Assembly: GCA_964525155.1 (NCBI GenBank)
Contig: CAZGDK010000004.1
Span: 1-55,502, forward strand
Length of the DNA: 55,502 nt
Source: an uncultured Smithella sp.
Lineage (GTDB): Bacteria; Desulfobacterota; Syntrophia; Syntrophales; Smithellaceae
Direction: 5' to 3'
In this document: one piece after another, positions 1 through 8,555 of the stretch
Position numbering within the stretch: position 1 is the stretch's first letter
Layout: the number at the start of each line of letters is the position of its first letter
The notes under the pieces: model-generated
What the model was told of the DNA's origin: nothing
Seen by the model: only the letters and a program-made list of their open reading frames with translations
The model's database searches: none
Program-made: the position numbers and the translations under genes

Positions 1-459
1 CTGGAAATGGGCGCCGATGACTATATGCCCAAGCCGTTTAATCCGCGGGAACTTCTGGCGCGCATACGAACCATTCTGAGAAGATCATCCATCTCTCAGT
101 ATGCGATCACCAGCGAAAACGCCGCCGTCTATACCATCGGCGATCTCGAACTGGACACCAACACACGCCGTGTAAAATGCGCGCATCAATTGGTTGAACT
201 GACCAGTGTTGAATTCGAATTGCTCAAACGCCTGATCCTGAACGCGGGCCAGATCCTCTCACGCGATCAGTTAACATCAGAGGTGCTGGGACGCGAGCTT
301 TCTCCCTACGACCGAAGCATTGATGTCCACATCAGCAAACTGAGGAAAAAACTTGGTTACGACCGGATTAAATCCGTACGCGGATCGGGGTATGTTTATA
401 CGGCGTTTATTCGCGAAACCATTGACCGCAACTCAGACAAGACGCATTCCGACTGCTGA
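1..459 (+). CDS. OmpR/PhoB-family (CpxR-like) response regulator. The 5' end is cut by the window edge. Contains the end of the receiver domain plus the winged-helix DNA-binding domain.
   Basis: Frame is open from nt 1. The translation LEMGADDYMPKPFNPRELLARIRTILRR is the receiver alpha4-beta5 region. The LELDTNTRRV...LTSVEFELLKRL...DVHISKLRKKL segment is the typical trans_reg_C. It lies directly upstream of a histidine kinase. Confidence 0.85.
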   Translation: MEMGADDYMPKPFNPRELLARIRTILRRSSISQYAITSENAAVYTIGDLELDTNTRRVKCAHQLVELTSVEFELLKRLILNAGQILSRDQLTSEVLGRELSPYDRSIDVHISKLRKKLGYDRIKSVRGSGYVYTAFIRETIDRNSDKTHSDC

Positions 460-465
460 TCCTTT

Positions 466-1962
466 ATGAAACGCACGCGACTTTTTTTCAAAATCTATCT
501 CGGCTTCTGGCTTACCATTATCGTCACGGGCGGCGCCTTCTTTTATCTGGAACGGCTGATTATAACCAAACCCATGATGACGCAATGGAATAAAACACTC
601 GGCAAAACCGTTCAGTTTTATGCGGAAGAATCAACGGCAATTTTTGTTCGTGAAGGCGCCGAGGCATTAAAGACGTATTTTCTTCGTCTCGAGCAGGCCA
701 CCGGCATCGAAGCCTTTATGTTTGATGAAAAAGGCGTTGAAGTTACCGGTAACACGGTACGCAGGGAAATTCTTGATCAGATATCGCTAAGTGTGGAAAA
801 TGCCGAAAATGACGATCCTAATTACATCCGGACGGATGAAGAGGGAATTGCCAGCCGGAAGATCACCATTTCGCCTGAAAAAACCGTTGTCTTCGTGGTG
901 CTTTTTCCCCATCCCGAATCTCCCGAATTGGGTCCGAAAAATGACGCGGGCCGCAGGCACGGGCCTCCGCCCAACGTGGCGCCGCCCAAACCACCGCCCC
1001 CCGAGTACAACTTTCTGCCGCATCCGGGAATGCCGCCTCACATGTTTCCACCCAACTTCCTGATCCGGCTTTCTGTCTGGTTAATCGTTTCCGCCGTCAT
1101 CTGCTATTTGCTGGCCCGCTACCTGACCGCTCCGATTTTCAAACTGGGACACGCCGCCAGACAACTGGCGGACGGCAATCTATCCGTCCGTGTTTCGCCC
1201 ACACTGGGCAGACGCCGCGATGAGCTCTCCTCGCTTGCCCATGATTTCGACGGCATGGCGGAACGGATCGAAAAACTTCTCACATCTCAGAACAATCTGC
1301 TCCGGGACGTTTCCCATGAATTGCGCTCTCCTCTGGCCAGGCTCAATGTGGCGCTGGAGCTGTGCCGCCAGAACTTAAGCCCGGACGAGGAAAAGCATCT
1401 GGACCGCATTGCGCTGGAAACGGAAAAACTAAATGACTTAATCGGCCAGATTCTGGCCTACAACAAAATCAATGCCCAATCCGCGGATATTCAGAAAACG
1501 AAATTCGGGTTGTCCGTCCTCATTGAAGAGGTCGTGGCGGACGCCAATTATGAAGCACGGGATAACCGGGTCATGATAAAATCCAACGCCCCGTTCCTGA
1601 TTGAGGGCAATTACGACTATCTGCGCCGGGCGGTTGAAAATATCGTTCGCAACGCCCTGTATCATACGCCGAAAGCAAGCCCGGTGGACATATCCACCGC
1701 GGCGACCCTCAAGGATGATAAACCGTCTGTTTTGATCACGGTGCGCGATCACGGCAGAGGCGTCCCTGAAGATGCGCTCCCGCTGATTTTCAAGCCTTTC
1801 TTTAAAATCGCCTCCACCGATCAGCATAAAACCGGCGCGGGACTGGGGCTGGCCATCAGTGAGGCGGCCATCCGTCTTCACGACGGAGACATTAAAGCCG
1901 TTAACGCCTCAGACGGCGGCCTGATCGTTGAAATCGTCCTGCCTGAAGCAAATTCGTTTTAA
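466..1962 (+). CDS. Sensor histidine kinase (two TM segments, HAMP, HisKA, HATPase_c). It has an unusual proline-rich stretch before TM2.
   Basis: H-box SHELRSPL. N-box NALYHTP. G-boxes DHGRGVP and GAGLGLAI. HAMP-like LTAPIFKLGHAARQLADGNLSVRV. Starts 7 nt after the regulator stop. Confidence 0.9.
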   Translation: MKRTRLFFKIYLGFWLTIIVTGGAFFYLERLIITKPMMTQWNKTLGKTVQFYAEESTAIFVREGAEALKTYFLRLEQATGIEAFMFDEKGVEVTGNTVRREILDQISLSVENAENDDPNYIRTDEEGIASRKITISPEKTVVFVVLFPHPESPELGPKNDAGRRHGPPPNVAPPKPPPPEYNFLPHPGMPPHMFPPNFLIRLSVWLIVSAVICYLLARYLTAPIFKLGHAARQLADGNLSVRVSPTLGRRRDELSSLAHDFDGMAERIEKLLTSQNNLLRDVSHELRSPLARLNVALELCRQNLSPDEEKHLDRIALETEKLNDLIGQILAYNKINAQSADIQKTKFGLSVLIEEVVADANYEARDNRVMIKSNAPFLIEGNYDYLRRAVENIVRNALYHTPKASPVDISTAATLKDDKPSVLITVRDHGRGVPEDALPLIFKPFFKIASTDQHKTGAGLGLAISEAAIRLHDGDIKAVNASDGGLIVEIVLPEANSF

Positions 1963-2018
1963 TAGAAATAATTGAATAGAAATAATTTATTGACAATTTC
2001 AGAGACATCATTTATTTT
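1961..2018 (+). promoter_or_regulatory. Candidate sigma70 promoter (TTGACA-N17-TATTTT at 1990-2018) preceded by a tandem 13-bp direct repeat AATAGAAATAATT (1961-1973 and 1975-1987).
   Basis: Read directly from the sequence. The repeat abuts the -35 hexamer and lies between the kinase stop and the OM-barrel gene. The -10 is weak and the distance to the ATG at 2278 is about 260 nt. Confidence 0.3.
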
Positions 2019-2277
2019 CAACATGCTTTTAAGTGGTTAATTGATGTTCGTCAGACGTAACCGAAAGTGGCAATCATTGTTGGGATGCTGTTAATTGTCA
2101 TTACTTAATAAATCGCTTTGCGCATAAATTATCGACTATTGCGCTCGTATACTTTATCTTTCAAATGTTTCAAAAGGTCCCTACAGGTTATGGTCAACCG
2201 ATATAATGCAATAAAGATAATTTAAAGGATGCTTGCCCATAGGGAAAGTACCTTAATTTAAAATTAGGAGGAAGAAA

Positions 2278-2835
2278 ATGAAGAAAAGTTTTTTTGCGTT
2301 AGTGGCTGTAATGGCGGCTGTGGTTTGCCTAAGTGTTCCGGCATTTGCTGCGGATAACTTCAACGCCAACAAACTGGGTGTCGGTTATCAGGGCGTTTTT
2401 TATGGCGACACGCTCAGCGGTTTATCCGCACGTTACTGGATGGGCCCGAAAATCGGTCTGGAAGGCAACCTGTATTATGGCAATGCCAAGTTTAAAGCAG
2501 ACGGATCCGATGAAGTGAAAACCCAGTTGCTGATGCTTGACCTGAAAGGCATGTATGCGTTATTGGTTAGACCCAACAGCAAATTCTATGTCGGCGGTCA
2601 GATCTCCGGCGCATATTATGATGCAGGCAGCAACGGATTTACCGCAGGTTATTTCTTAGCCCCCGGTCTTCTGGCCGGTGCCGAATGGTGCATTCCCGCA
2701 TTGCCCGAACTGGGATTCAACTTTGAACTGGGGTACAAGTATGTAATTGACAGAAACGAAGCCCCTAACGGCAGCAAATACGATGTCGACCTGCACGGCA
2801 TAAATCTGAGCCTCGGTGTTCACTACTATTTCTAG
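2278..2835 (+). CDS. Small outer-membrane beta-barrel protein (OmpW/OmpA-barrel-like, 185 aa).
   Basis: AGGAGG lies 8 nt upstream. Signal peptide MKKSFFALVAVMAAVVCLSVPAFA. Alternating amphipathic strands and a C-terminal GVHYYF typical of OMP beta-signals. Confidence 0.75.
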   Translation: MKKSFFALVAVMAAVVCLSVPAFAADNFNANKLGVGYQGVFYGDTLSGLSARYWMGPKIGLEGNLYYGNAKFKADGSDEVKTQLLMLDLKGMYALLVRPNSKFYVGGQISGAYYDAGSNGFTAGYFLAPGLLAGAEWCIPALPELGFNFELGYKYVIDRNEAPNGSKYDVDLHGINLSLGVHYYF

Positions 2836-2863
2836 ACCATAACATCTGATTGACAAACCCAAA

Positions 2864-2908
2864 CCCCCTGTGCCCTTTTTGCCCGAAGATCACAGGGGGT
2901 TTTATTTT
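2864..2908. terminator. Bidirectional rho-independent terminator between convergent genes.
   Basis: 9-bp stem CCCCCTGTG / CACAGGGGG (2864-2872 / 2891-2899) followed by TTTTATTTT. The complement is also followed by a T-rich run. Confidence 0.6.
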
Positions 2909-2925
2909 CTTAGCGTTTTTTTGAC

Positions 2926-4086
2926 TTATAATCCGGCTGCTTCAATGTAGGATGTCCGTCCGTCGAGCCGTTTTACGTTCTGATAATTATCTATCGCCAT
3001 CGCGTAAATACAGGTGCTCAGCGGAAAATGCAGATGCTTTTTCACAATGGCAAGCAAGGAATCTCCATGCATGAGACCGACGCTTAGAAATGTTTTTCCG
3101 GTATTATATTCGGAAAATAAAATCGTATCGAGTAATAAATCAAATACATCGGCACGGTTGTCCTCAAGGGCTATGCATGCGGCGTAAAGATTTTTAAACG
3201 CCCCACCCGTTTCTGGAACCGGCGCCAGACGAAAGCGTTTTGCAACAGCATTCACCAATGGTTTAAGCCCTCTCATGTATCCGGTGTATCCTGTCACCAT
3301 CATCCTCCGAAACGGCAACTGATTCCAGCAGCCGATGACGCCCAGAATACGATCTCCTTTTACCGCAAGATGGAAATCATCAGGGCGAAGTCCGCGCAAA
3401 ATTCCACCGCTTTCTTCGATATCTTTGGCCGTATAGACGGGGAAAAACTGCTTTTTGCTTCCTTCGTGATTCAGGAATTGGGCGATGGCGTCGGCGCCGA
3501 TTTCACCACCCCGCATTACCTGAACGCCAGCAGGCGGTTTGGGCTGCGGGCGCTTCAAGAGGGGAATGGCTGCATTATACAACTCTCCAATTTCCGTGAT
3601 TTCGGCGCCGTCAATTCGGCCGCCGTTCAGAGCTTGTCTGGCTTTGAGGTTGCCTTTCAAAATGGCGCACAGATAAAACAAAACGCCATATTCTTTTTTA
3701 AGCCATTGATTGATAAATCGGTTGAATTCCGTAACAATTTTCCTGCCCCGAGCGGATTTCTCCACGCGTAAATTACTTAGGTACCCGATATCGGCGGGGC
3801 TGCCGTTGATAAACACTGTTCGTTTTGATACCACCCCCAGGGCGACAATCCGACGATTGGACTCTACAACGATCGTATGCCGTTGATGACCTTCAATCTC
3901 AATAGCGTCGAAAAAACTGGGGTCAACATCCACCGTCAACGATACACGACCGGGCATGGAAATGTTTTTTATGAGGGCGCGGATTTGCGCATCATCTTCC
4001 ACACGGCCTTCGCGAAAGATCAAGCCGGACAAATCCTTTTCATCAAGTGCCGCGGAATCACTCATATCGGTTGTTATCCCTATCAC
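2926..4086 (-). CDS. Two-lobed GNAT-like acyltransferase (386 aa). Last gene of the envelope operon.
   Basis: The N-terminal lobe has a GNAT-like core (IVALGVVSKR...GYLSNLRVEKSARGRKIV). The second lobe has a similar beta/alpha pattern. Starts 12 nt after the ligase gene. The family call is by pattern only. Confidence 0.55.
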   Translation of the reverse strand: MIGITTDMSDSAALDEKDLSGLIFREGRVEDDAQIRALIKNISMPGRVSLTVDVDPSFFDAIEIEGHQRHTIVVESNRRIVALGVVSKRTVFINGSPADIGYLSNLRVEKSARGRKIVTEFNRFINQWLKKEYGVLFYLCAILKGNLKARQALNGGRIDGAEITEIGELYNAAIPLLKRPQPKPPAGVQVMRGGEIGADAIAQFLNHEGSKKQFFPVYTAKDIEESGGILRGLRPDDFHLAVKGDRILGVIGCWNQLPFRRMMVTGYTGYMRGLKPLVNAVAKRFRLAPVPETGGAFKNLYAACIALEDNRADVFDLLLDTILFSEYNTGKTFLSVGLMHGDSLLAIVKKHLHFPLSTCIYAMAIDNYQNVKRLDGRTSYIEAAGL

Positions 4087-4097
4087 CTAAAGCGTTC

Positions 4098-5447
4098 TTA
4101 CTTATTGATTAACGAAACAACGGTTTGGAACTTATGCGCATTTTCCTTTCTGGGAATATCCGTCACATATTCGAACATCACTTTAATGTCTTTCCCCAAA
4201 ATGTATTGAAATCTGTCTTTGAGTTGTTCATGGATCGGATTGATCCTCAGGCGGTCTCCTTCAGATGATTGAGGCTGATTTCTCACGATCAGGATTTTGA
4301 TTTCGTTCATTTTTTCCTGACGAATCTGAAATTTTTTTATATCCGGGACATCCTGCATCAAAAGGGTCAGTTTGAAGGGATGAATCACTTTATTATCCGG
4401 AAGCACCACGGAATCAACCTTTCGTCCCTCAATTCTTGTCAAAAGCGGGAAATTTCTCAGATGACAGGTACATCTCTCCTGTTTATATCCGGAAATATCG
4501 CCCATACCAGCGTACCGGATGATCGGAAAAACCAGGTTGTTGAGATCTGTTACAACCACATTGCCGTTTTGTCCGACCGGCACGACGTTATGGCGATCAT
4601 CTAAAATTTCAACAATGGTTTTATAAGCCAGCACATGCAGGCCATTGTGTTTCAAACACTCGCAAGCCATTGCTCCGGCCTCTGTTGACATATAGCAATC
4701 CAGCAATGTGCCGGTAAAGGTCCTGCTGATGATTTCCCGGGTATGCGCATCCTGAGATTCTCCCGAAGTTACGAGAATTTTCGGTTGATGAATCGGTATT
4801 TTTTTCTCCTGAACCTGGAATGCAATATTTTTCAGCACACTGGGGTATGTGGCAAGATAATCCGGCTTCATGGCATTGAGCCGTTCAATATGATCATCGG
4901 GACTATTCAGGGCGTTAACCAGGAACCGCCTTGTGCCGGAAAACTCCCGGGTGGGAAGTAGATCAATGGCATCGTCATCCAATACCGAAATAATCATGCC
5001 CGTCTTTAAATTCGTTTTCAAATGCATATTCAGTGAGAAATGGGAGAGCGCCGCGATCTCATAAAACCCGCGGTTTCGATGATATGCCACGCTGATAGGA
5101 ACGCCGGTTGATCCGGACGTTTTAAAGAGATAACCTGCACCGTTTTTATACAAAGCAGTGTCATCGGCGATATGCCGAAGGTCGTCTTTGGTAACAACCG
5201 GGAATTTCATCAAGTCATCGATTGTTTTTAAATCGGCCGGCCCGACGCCCGCATCTTCCCATTTTTTCCGGTATAATGAAACATGATCATAGGCGTAAAC
5301 CATGATCTTTTTCAGTCTGAAAAGCTGATAGGAACGAAGTTCATCTTCGCTCATAGCCAGTTCTTTTTTGATACGCCCCAACAGATGTTTAATTTTAGCG
5401 TATCGGAATAATATTCCAAAAACAGGCATATCCAGAAGCGCCACCAT
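4098..5447 (-). CDS. Adenylate-forming enzyme of the phenylacetate-CoA ligase / coenzyme F390 synthetase (PaaK-like) family.
   Basis: AMP-binding P-loop-like FKTSGSTGVPISV. Length about 450 aa with a PaaK-like C-terminal small domain. AGGAGG lies 5 nt upstream of the ATG. Confidence 0.8.
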   Translation of the reverse strand: MVALLDMPVFGILFRYAKIKHLLGRIKKELAMSEDELRSYQLFRLKKIMVYAYDHVSLYRKKWEDAGVGPADLKTIDDLMKFPVVTKDDLRHIADDTALYKNGAGYLFKTSGSTGVPISVAYHRNRGFYEIAALSHFSLNMHLKTNLKTGMIISVLDDDAIDLLPTREFSGTRRFLVNALNSPDDHIERLNAMKPDYLATYPSVLKNIAFQVQEKKIPIHQPKILVTSGESQDAHTREIISRTFTGTLLDCYMSTEAGAMACECLKHNGLHVLAYKTIVEILDDRHNVVPVGQNGNVVVTDLNNLVFPIIRYAGMGDISGYKQERCTCHLRNFPLLTRIEGRKVDSVVLPDNKVIHPFKLTLLMQDVPDIKKFQIRQEKMNEIKILIVRNQPQSSEGDRLRINPIHEQLKDRFQYILGKDIKVMFEYVTDIPRKENAHKFQTVVSLINK

Positions 5448-5474
5448 TCATACCTCCTTTTTAAATCGACGGTT

Positions 5475-6839
5475 TTACCAAGAAAAAACGAGGTCCAGTT
5501 CAAGCTGATCATTTTTCGAATATCTGCCGAACAGCGATTGCGAGGGCCCCGTGAAACCTACGACCGTAATCCCCACTTTCCAGTAATCGTTAAAAATGTA
5601 CCAGGCATTGGCCTTGGCCATGCCGTCTTGATGTTCCGGATTGTAAGCCACATTAAGATTGGTTTCGATTTTTTGATTCAAAAACCAGTTTTTCAGATTG
5701 GCCCAGACAAGCGTTTCGAATTGACGGTCATAGAGCGCATCAGGTCTGTCGGTAATGAATTTCTGCTGGGCCTGCATCGTGAGGATGCAATCTTCGAAAA
5801 GCCGGTAATCTGTTCCGATGCCGTATTCAAGCGTGTCGCTTGTGTGTTCGATGGCATTGAGCGCATACACACCCAAACCGGGGTTTGCGGGATAGCCCCA
5901 GTGTTCGTACTTCGTGTTGAATACACGTCCTCTTGCATAAGCGGCTTCGGCCCGCAGGCTCAAGTTTCCAACAACCATTGCCGCATCGCCCCCGATGGAT
6001 GTGATTTTGTAAAAGTCCGGCACAACGCCCGGATCAACCAAAATGCCGTCGGAAACAAGCGAAATCGCCAGCCCGGTCGTTTTGAAAACAGGACGCGGAT
6101 CGTAGCCGTGGAAAAAGGTAACGCCCCAGTCCACCGTGCCCGAGTTCTGTAAACGCAATCCGACAGACGTATTATTTATGGAACGGGACGGATAATACGG
6201 CTCCTGCTGGTTCAGTTTCATGAAATCGTATCGATCCTGCCACTCGCTGATTGGCGTCGCACCGGACCAGCGTTCCGTCAAGAGAGGCAGGCGATAACCC
6301 ACGAAATAGGGCAACCAGACCGCTTCCAGGCTCAACGCGTTTTTTACCACGCGGGCGGACACTGCGGGAACGCCTATTTTTCTGTCTTCAAGCGGTTTTC
6401 TGAGAAACTGTGTGTAATCCCAGGGATTAAGAAGATCGTTAACCGGATATTCATCAAGCCGACCCCACGAGAAACGCTGAATACCCGCGCGGATTTCCAA
6501 TAATTCGGATGAATAGGTTCCGTATAATTCCTTTAATTCCAGAAAAGGCGTATTGCTCTGATATGTGGCATTCCAGCTTTTGAAGATGGAATCGCGCTCG
6601 GGTGGATGATCAACCGCACCGTCCCATCCCCCTTCCAGCCACATATGGAAACGCCATTGAGAAGGCGTGGTATCAACCTTAAATCGTCCCAGAAGACTCG
6701 GATATTCAGTAGCGCTGTTTCTATTGAACGGCACAACGCCACGTAAATGAAGACTTCCGGACGTGGTAAGAAAATTATCCGCGAAACAGGGAGATGCGAA
6801 GATCATCAGAAGAATGACGGATACCCATAGTCTTTTCAC
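5475..6839 (-). CDS. Exported outer-membrane beta-barrel protein of unassigned family (454 aa).
   Basis: Signal peptide MKRLWVSVILLMIFASPCFA|DNF. Rich in aromatic/Gly alternating strands. C-terminal ...LDLVFSW resembles an OMP beta-signal. Confidence 0.6.
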   Translation of the reverse strand: MKRLWVSVILLMIFASPCFADNFLTTSGSLHLRGVVPFNRNSATEYPSLLGRFKVDTTPSQWRFHMWLEGGWDGAVDHPPERDSIFKSWNATYQSNTPFLELKELYGTYSSELLEIRAGIQRFSWGRLDEYPVNDLLNPWDYTQFLRKPLEDRKIGVPAVSARVVKNALSLEAVWLPYFVGYRLPLLTERWSGATPISEWQDRYDFMKLNQQEPYYPSRSINNTSVGLRLQNSGTVDWGVTFFHGYDPRPVFKTTGLAISLVSDGILVDPGVVPDFYKITSIGGDAAMVVGNLSLRAEAAYARGRVFNTKYEHWGYPANPGLGVYALNAIEHTSDTLEYGIGTDYRLFEDCILTMQAQQKFITDRPDALYDRQFETLVWANLKNWFLNQKIETNLNVAYNPEHQDGMAKANAWYIFNDYWKVGITVVGFTGPSQSLFGRYSKNDQLELDLVFSW

Positions 6840-6936
6840 GGCACAATTCCCTGAATTTGAATCAAATAAGATTTCAATAGAGTCCGAAAGCGGTTGATCA
6901 TAGCGACGCTCCGATATTGTTGCGACCGAACGGGTA

Positions 6937-7683
6937 TTATTTAAAAAGCCGACCAGCGAAATGACAGATGTGTTTTTCCCACCAGCGGCTCAGATAAAAA
7001 GCGAACGCTTCCGGATGCTCGATCATGGGCGCATGTCCACAGTCGTCCAGCCAGACCAGTTCACTTTGGTAAATATTTTTGTGAAAGTCTTCTCCCACAA
7101 TCGGCGGAGTAATTCGGTCGTTTCTGCCCCAGATCAACAGCGTCGGGCATGCAATATTTCGAAGCCGCTCCATTACATTGTCGCGCTTGACCGATTTGGC
7201 AAGTTTCACCAGCATGCGGCTGACCTTACGGTTGAGGGAAAGCTCATAAAATTCATCAACCAGCGATTCCGTAACATGGCATGGATCATGGAAAACTTCA
7301 CGGCACTTTTGCCGCACCCAGGCCCGGGTGGGTCTTGAGCTTACCCGCGCCACACCACGTTCGAAAAGCCCGCTGGATGCCGTAAGAACCAATCCGGAAA
7401 CACGATCCCGATATTTCGGCATCAGATTGATGGCGACATGTCCGCCAATGCTGTTGCCCATCAAAACGATGCGTTCAGCACCCGATTCATCTATTTTACA
7501 AGCGGCATACTCGGCAATATCTTCGATGGATTCCAGATTCACTCCTTCATCGAGAAACGGCATTTGAACGGGCATGGCCCGGCATCTTCCAGGCAGATAG
7601 GGCATGATTCCGTTCCAGTTGTCCGTGCCGCCCATCAGGCCATGCAGCATTACCAGCGTCACTTTTTGTTTCCTTTGATTCAA
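6937..7683 (-). CDS. Alpha/beta-fold hydrolase, cytoplasmic (no signal peptide).
   Basis: HGLMGG oxyanion region. Nucleophile elbow GNSIGG. C-terminal DDCGHAPMIEHPE carries the catalytic His. Confidence 0.85.
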   Translation of the reverse strand: MNQRKQKVTLVMLHGLMGGTDNWNGIMPYLPGRCRAMPVQMPFLDEGVNLESIEDIAEYAACKIDESGAERIVLMGNSIGGHVAINLMPKYRDRVSGLVLTASSGLFERGVARVSSRPTRAWVRQKCREVFHDPCHVTESLVDEFYELSLNRKVSRMLVKLAKSVKRDNVMERLRNIACPTLLIWGRNDRITPPIVGEDFHKNIYQSELVWLDDCGHAPMIEHPEAFAFYLSRWWEKHICHFAGRLFK

Positions 7684-7775
7684 GGCAGATACTCCGGCAT
7701 GTTCATATAATTTTTAACGTCCCCTGTCAGGCGGGCCGAAACAACAAAATTCCGCTTTTGAAAAACAAACTCCTG

Positions 7776-8555
7776 CTACTTCCCTCCGCGCTCCAGCATC
7801 CGATGCGAAAAGAAATCATCGGGAATTTTCGTTTTGTAGCGGATATTTTGTACGGTCAGAACCGTTTTGTGCCCGGTCTTTCGATTTTCCATTTCGAAGG
7901 TAAACGGCGTTGGAATCCCGTCAATCATCCGGATATCGGTGTAAGAGCCAGCGCGATACAATTCTTTTTCACGATAGTATTCGATTTTTGTCGTCACCCA
8001 TTGATCTTTGACAATCCAGGCTACATAACGTGTATATTTGCGGGGTTTTTTCGGCATCACCTCAACCACATAACAGGGTTTTCCGTCGACGCTCTCTTCC
8101 TTGAGCATTTTAAAAGAATACTCTTCCAGCTCCGAAGGGCCGCTGAAATCGTCGTATGAAAAGTCGGTCCCGAAAAAAGAATCATCCTGAGAAGAAGCGG
8201 GAATGCGTCGAACACGTTTATACTCGGGAAAATAAGCCCATAGGTCCCGGTCGGAAAACGTGCGGGCATGAAGTAAAAACCCGACGCCCTTGAGATCAGA
8301 AGGAGAGGTAAAGACCACCAGTACCTTGCAGGCTTCAGGTGATGTATCGCGGGCATACTCTACCAGTGATCGCGTTCTTTTCCCGCCGCCTTTGTCGTAA
8401 AGCACCATCGACGCTTCCGTCTTATGGTCGAGGCTTCTGGACCTCAGTTCGTGCACTTTCTTGTATACGTCGGCTCCGCTCATCGCCCAGGCGGCAGGCG
8501 CAGTCGCAATCAAAAGTCCCATTATCATCAAGAAAACCGTTACTGCCTTAATCAT
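7776..8555 (-). CDS. Periplasmic LolA-like protein of the outer membrane lipoprotein-sorting protein family.
   Basis: Signal peptide ending AAWA|MSG. Family-typical blocks WAYFPEYKRVRRIPASS, SFFGTDFSYDDF and VDGKPCYVVEV. Overlaps the permease stop by 8 nt. Confidence 0.7.
   Translation of the reverse strand: MIKAVTVFLMIMGLLIATAPAAWAMSGADVYKKVHELRSRSLDHKTEASMVLYDKGGGKRTRSLVEYARDTSPEACKVLVVFTSPSDLKGVGFLLHARTFSDRDLWAYFPEYKRVRRIPASSQDDSFFGTDFSYDDFSGPSELEEYSFKMLKEESVDGKPCYVVEVMPKKPRKYTRYVAWIVKDQWVTTKIEYYREKELYRAGSYTDIRMIDGIPTPFTFEMENRKTGHKTVLTVQNIRYKTKIPDDFFSHRMLERGGK

Noticed and set aside
787-1063. Four overlapping ORFs (62-90 aa) on both strands inside the histidine kinase gene.
   Set aside because: They lie in the GC/proline-rich segment of a kinase whose own frame carries all the diagnostic motifs. 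They have no SD and their products are low-complexity Arg/Gly/Pro. They are typical shadow ORFs.
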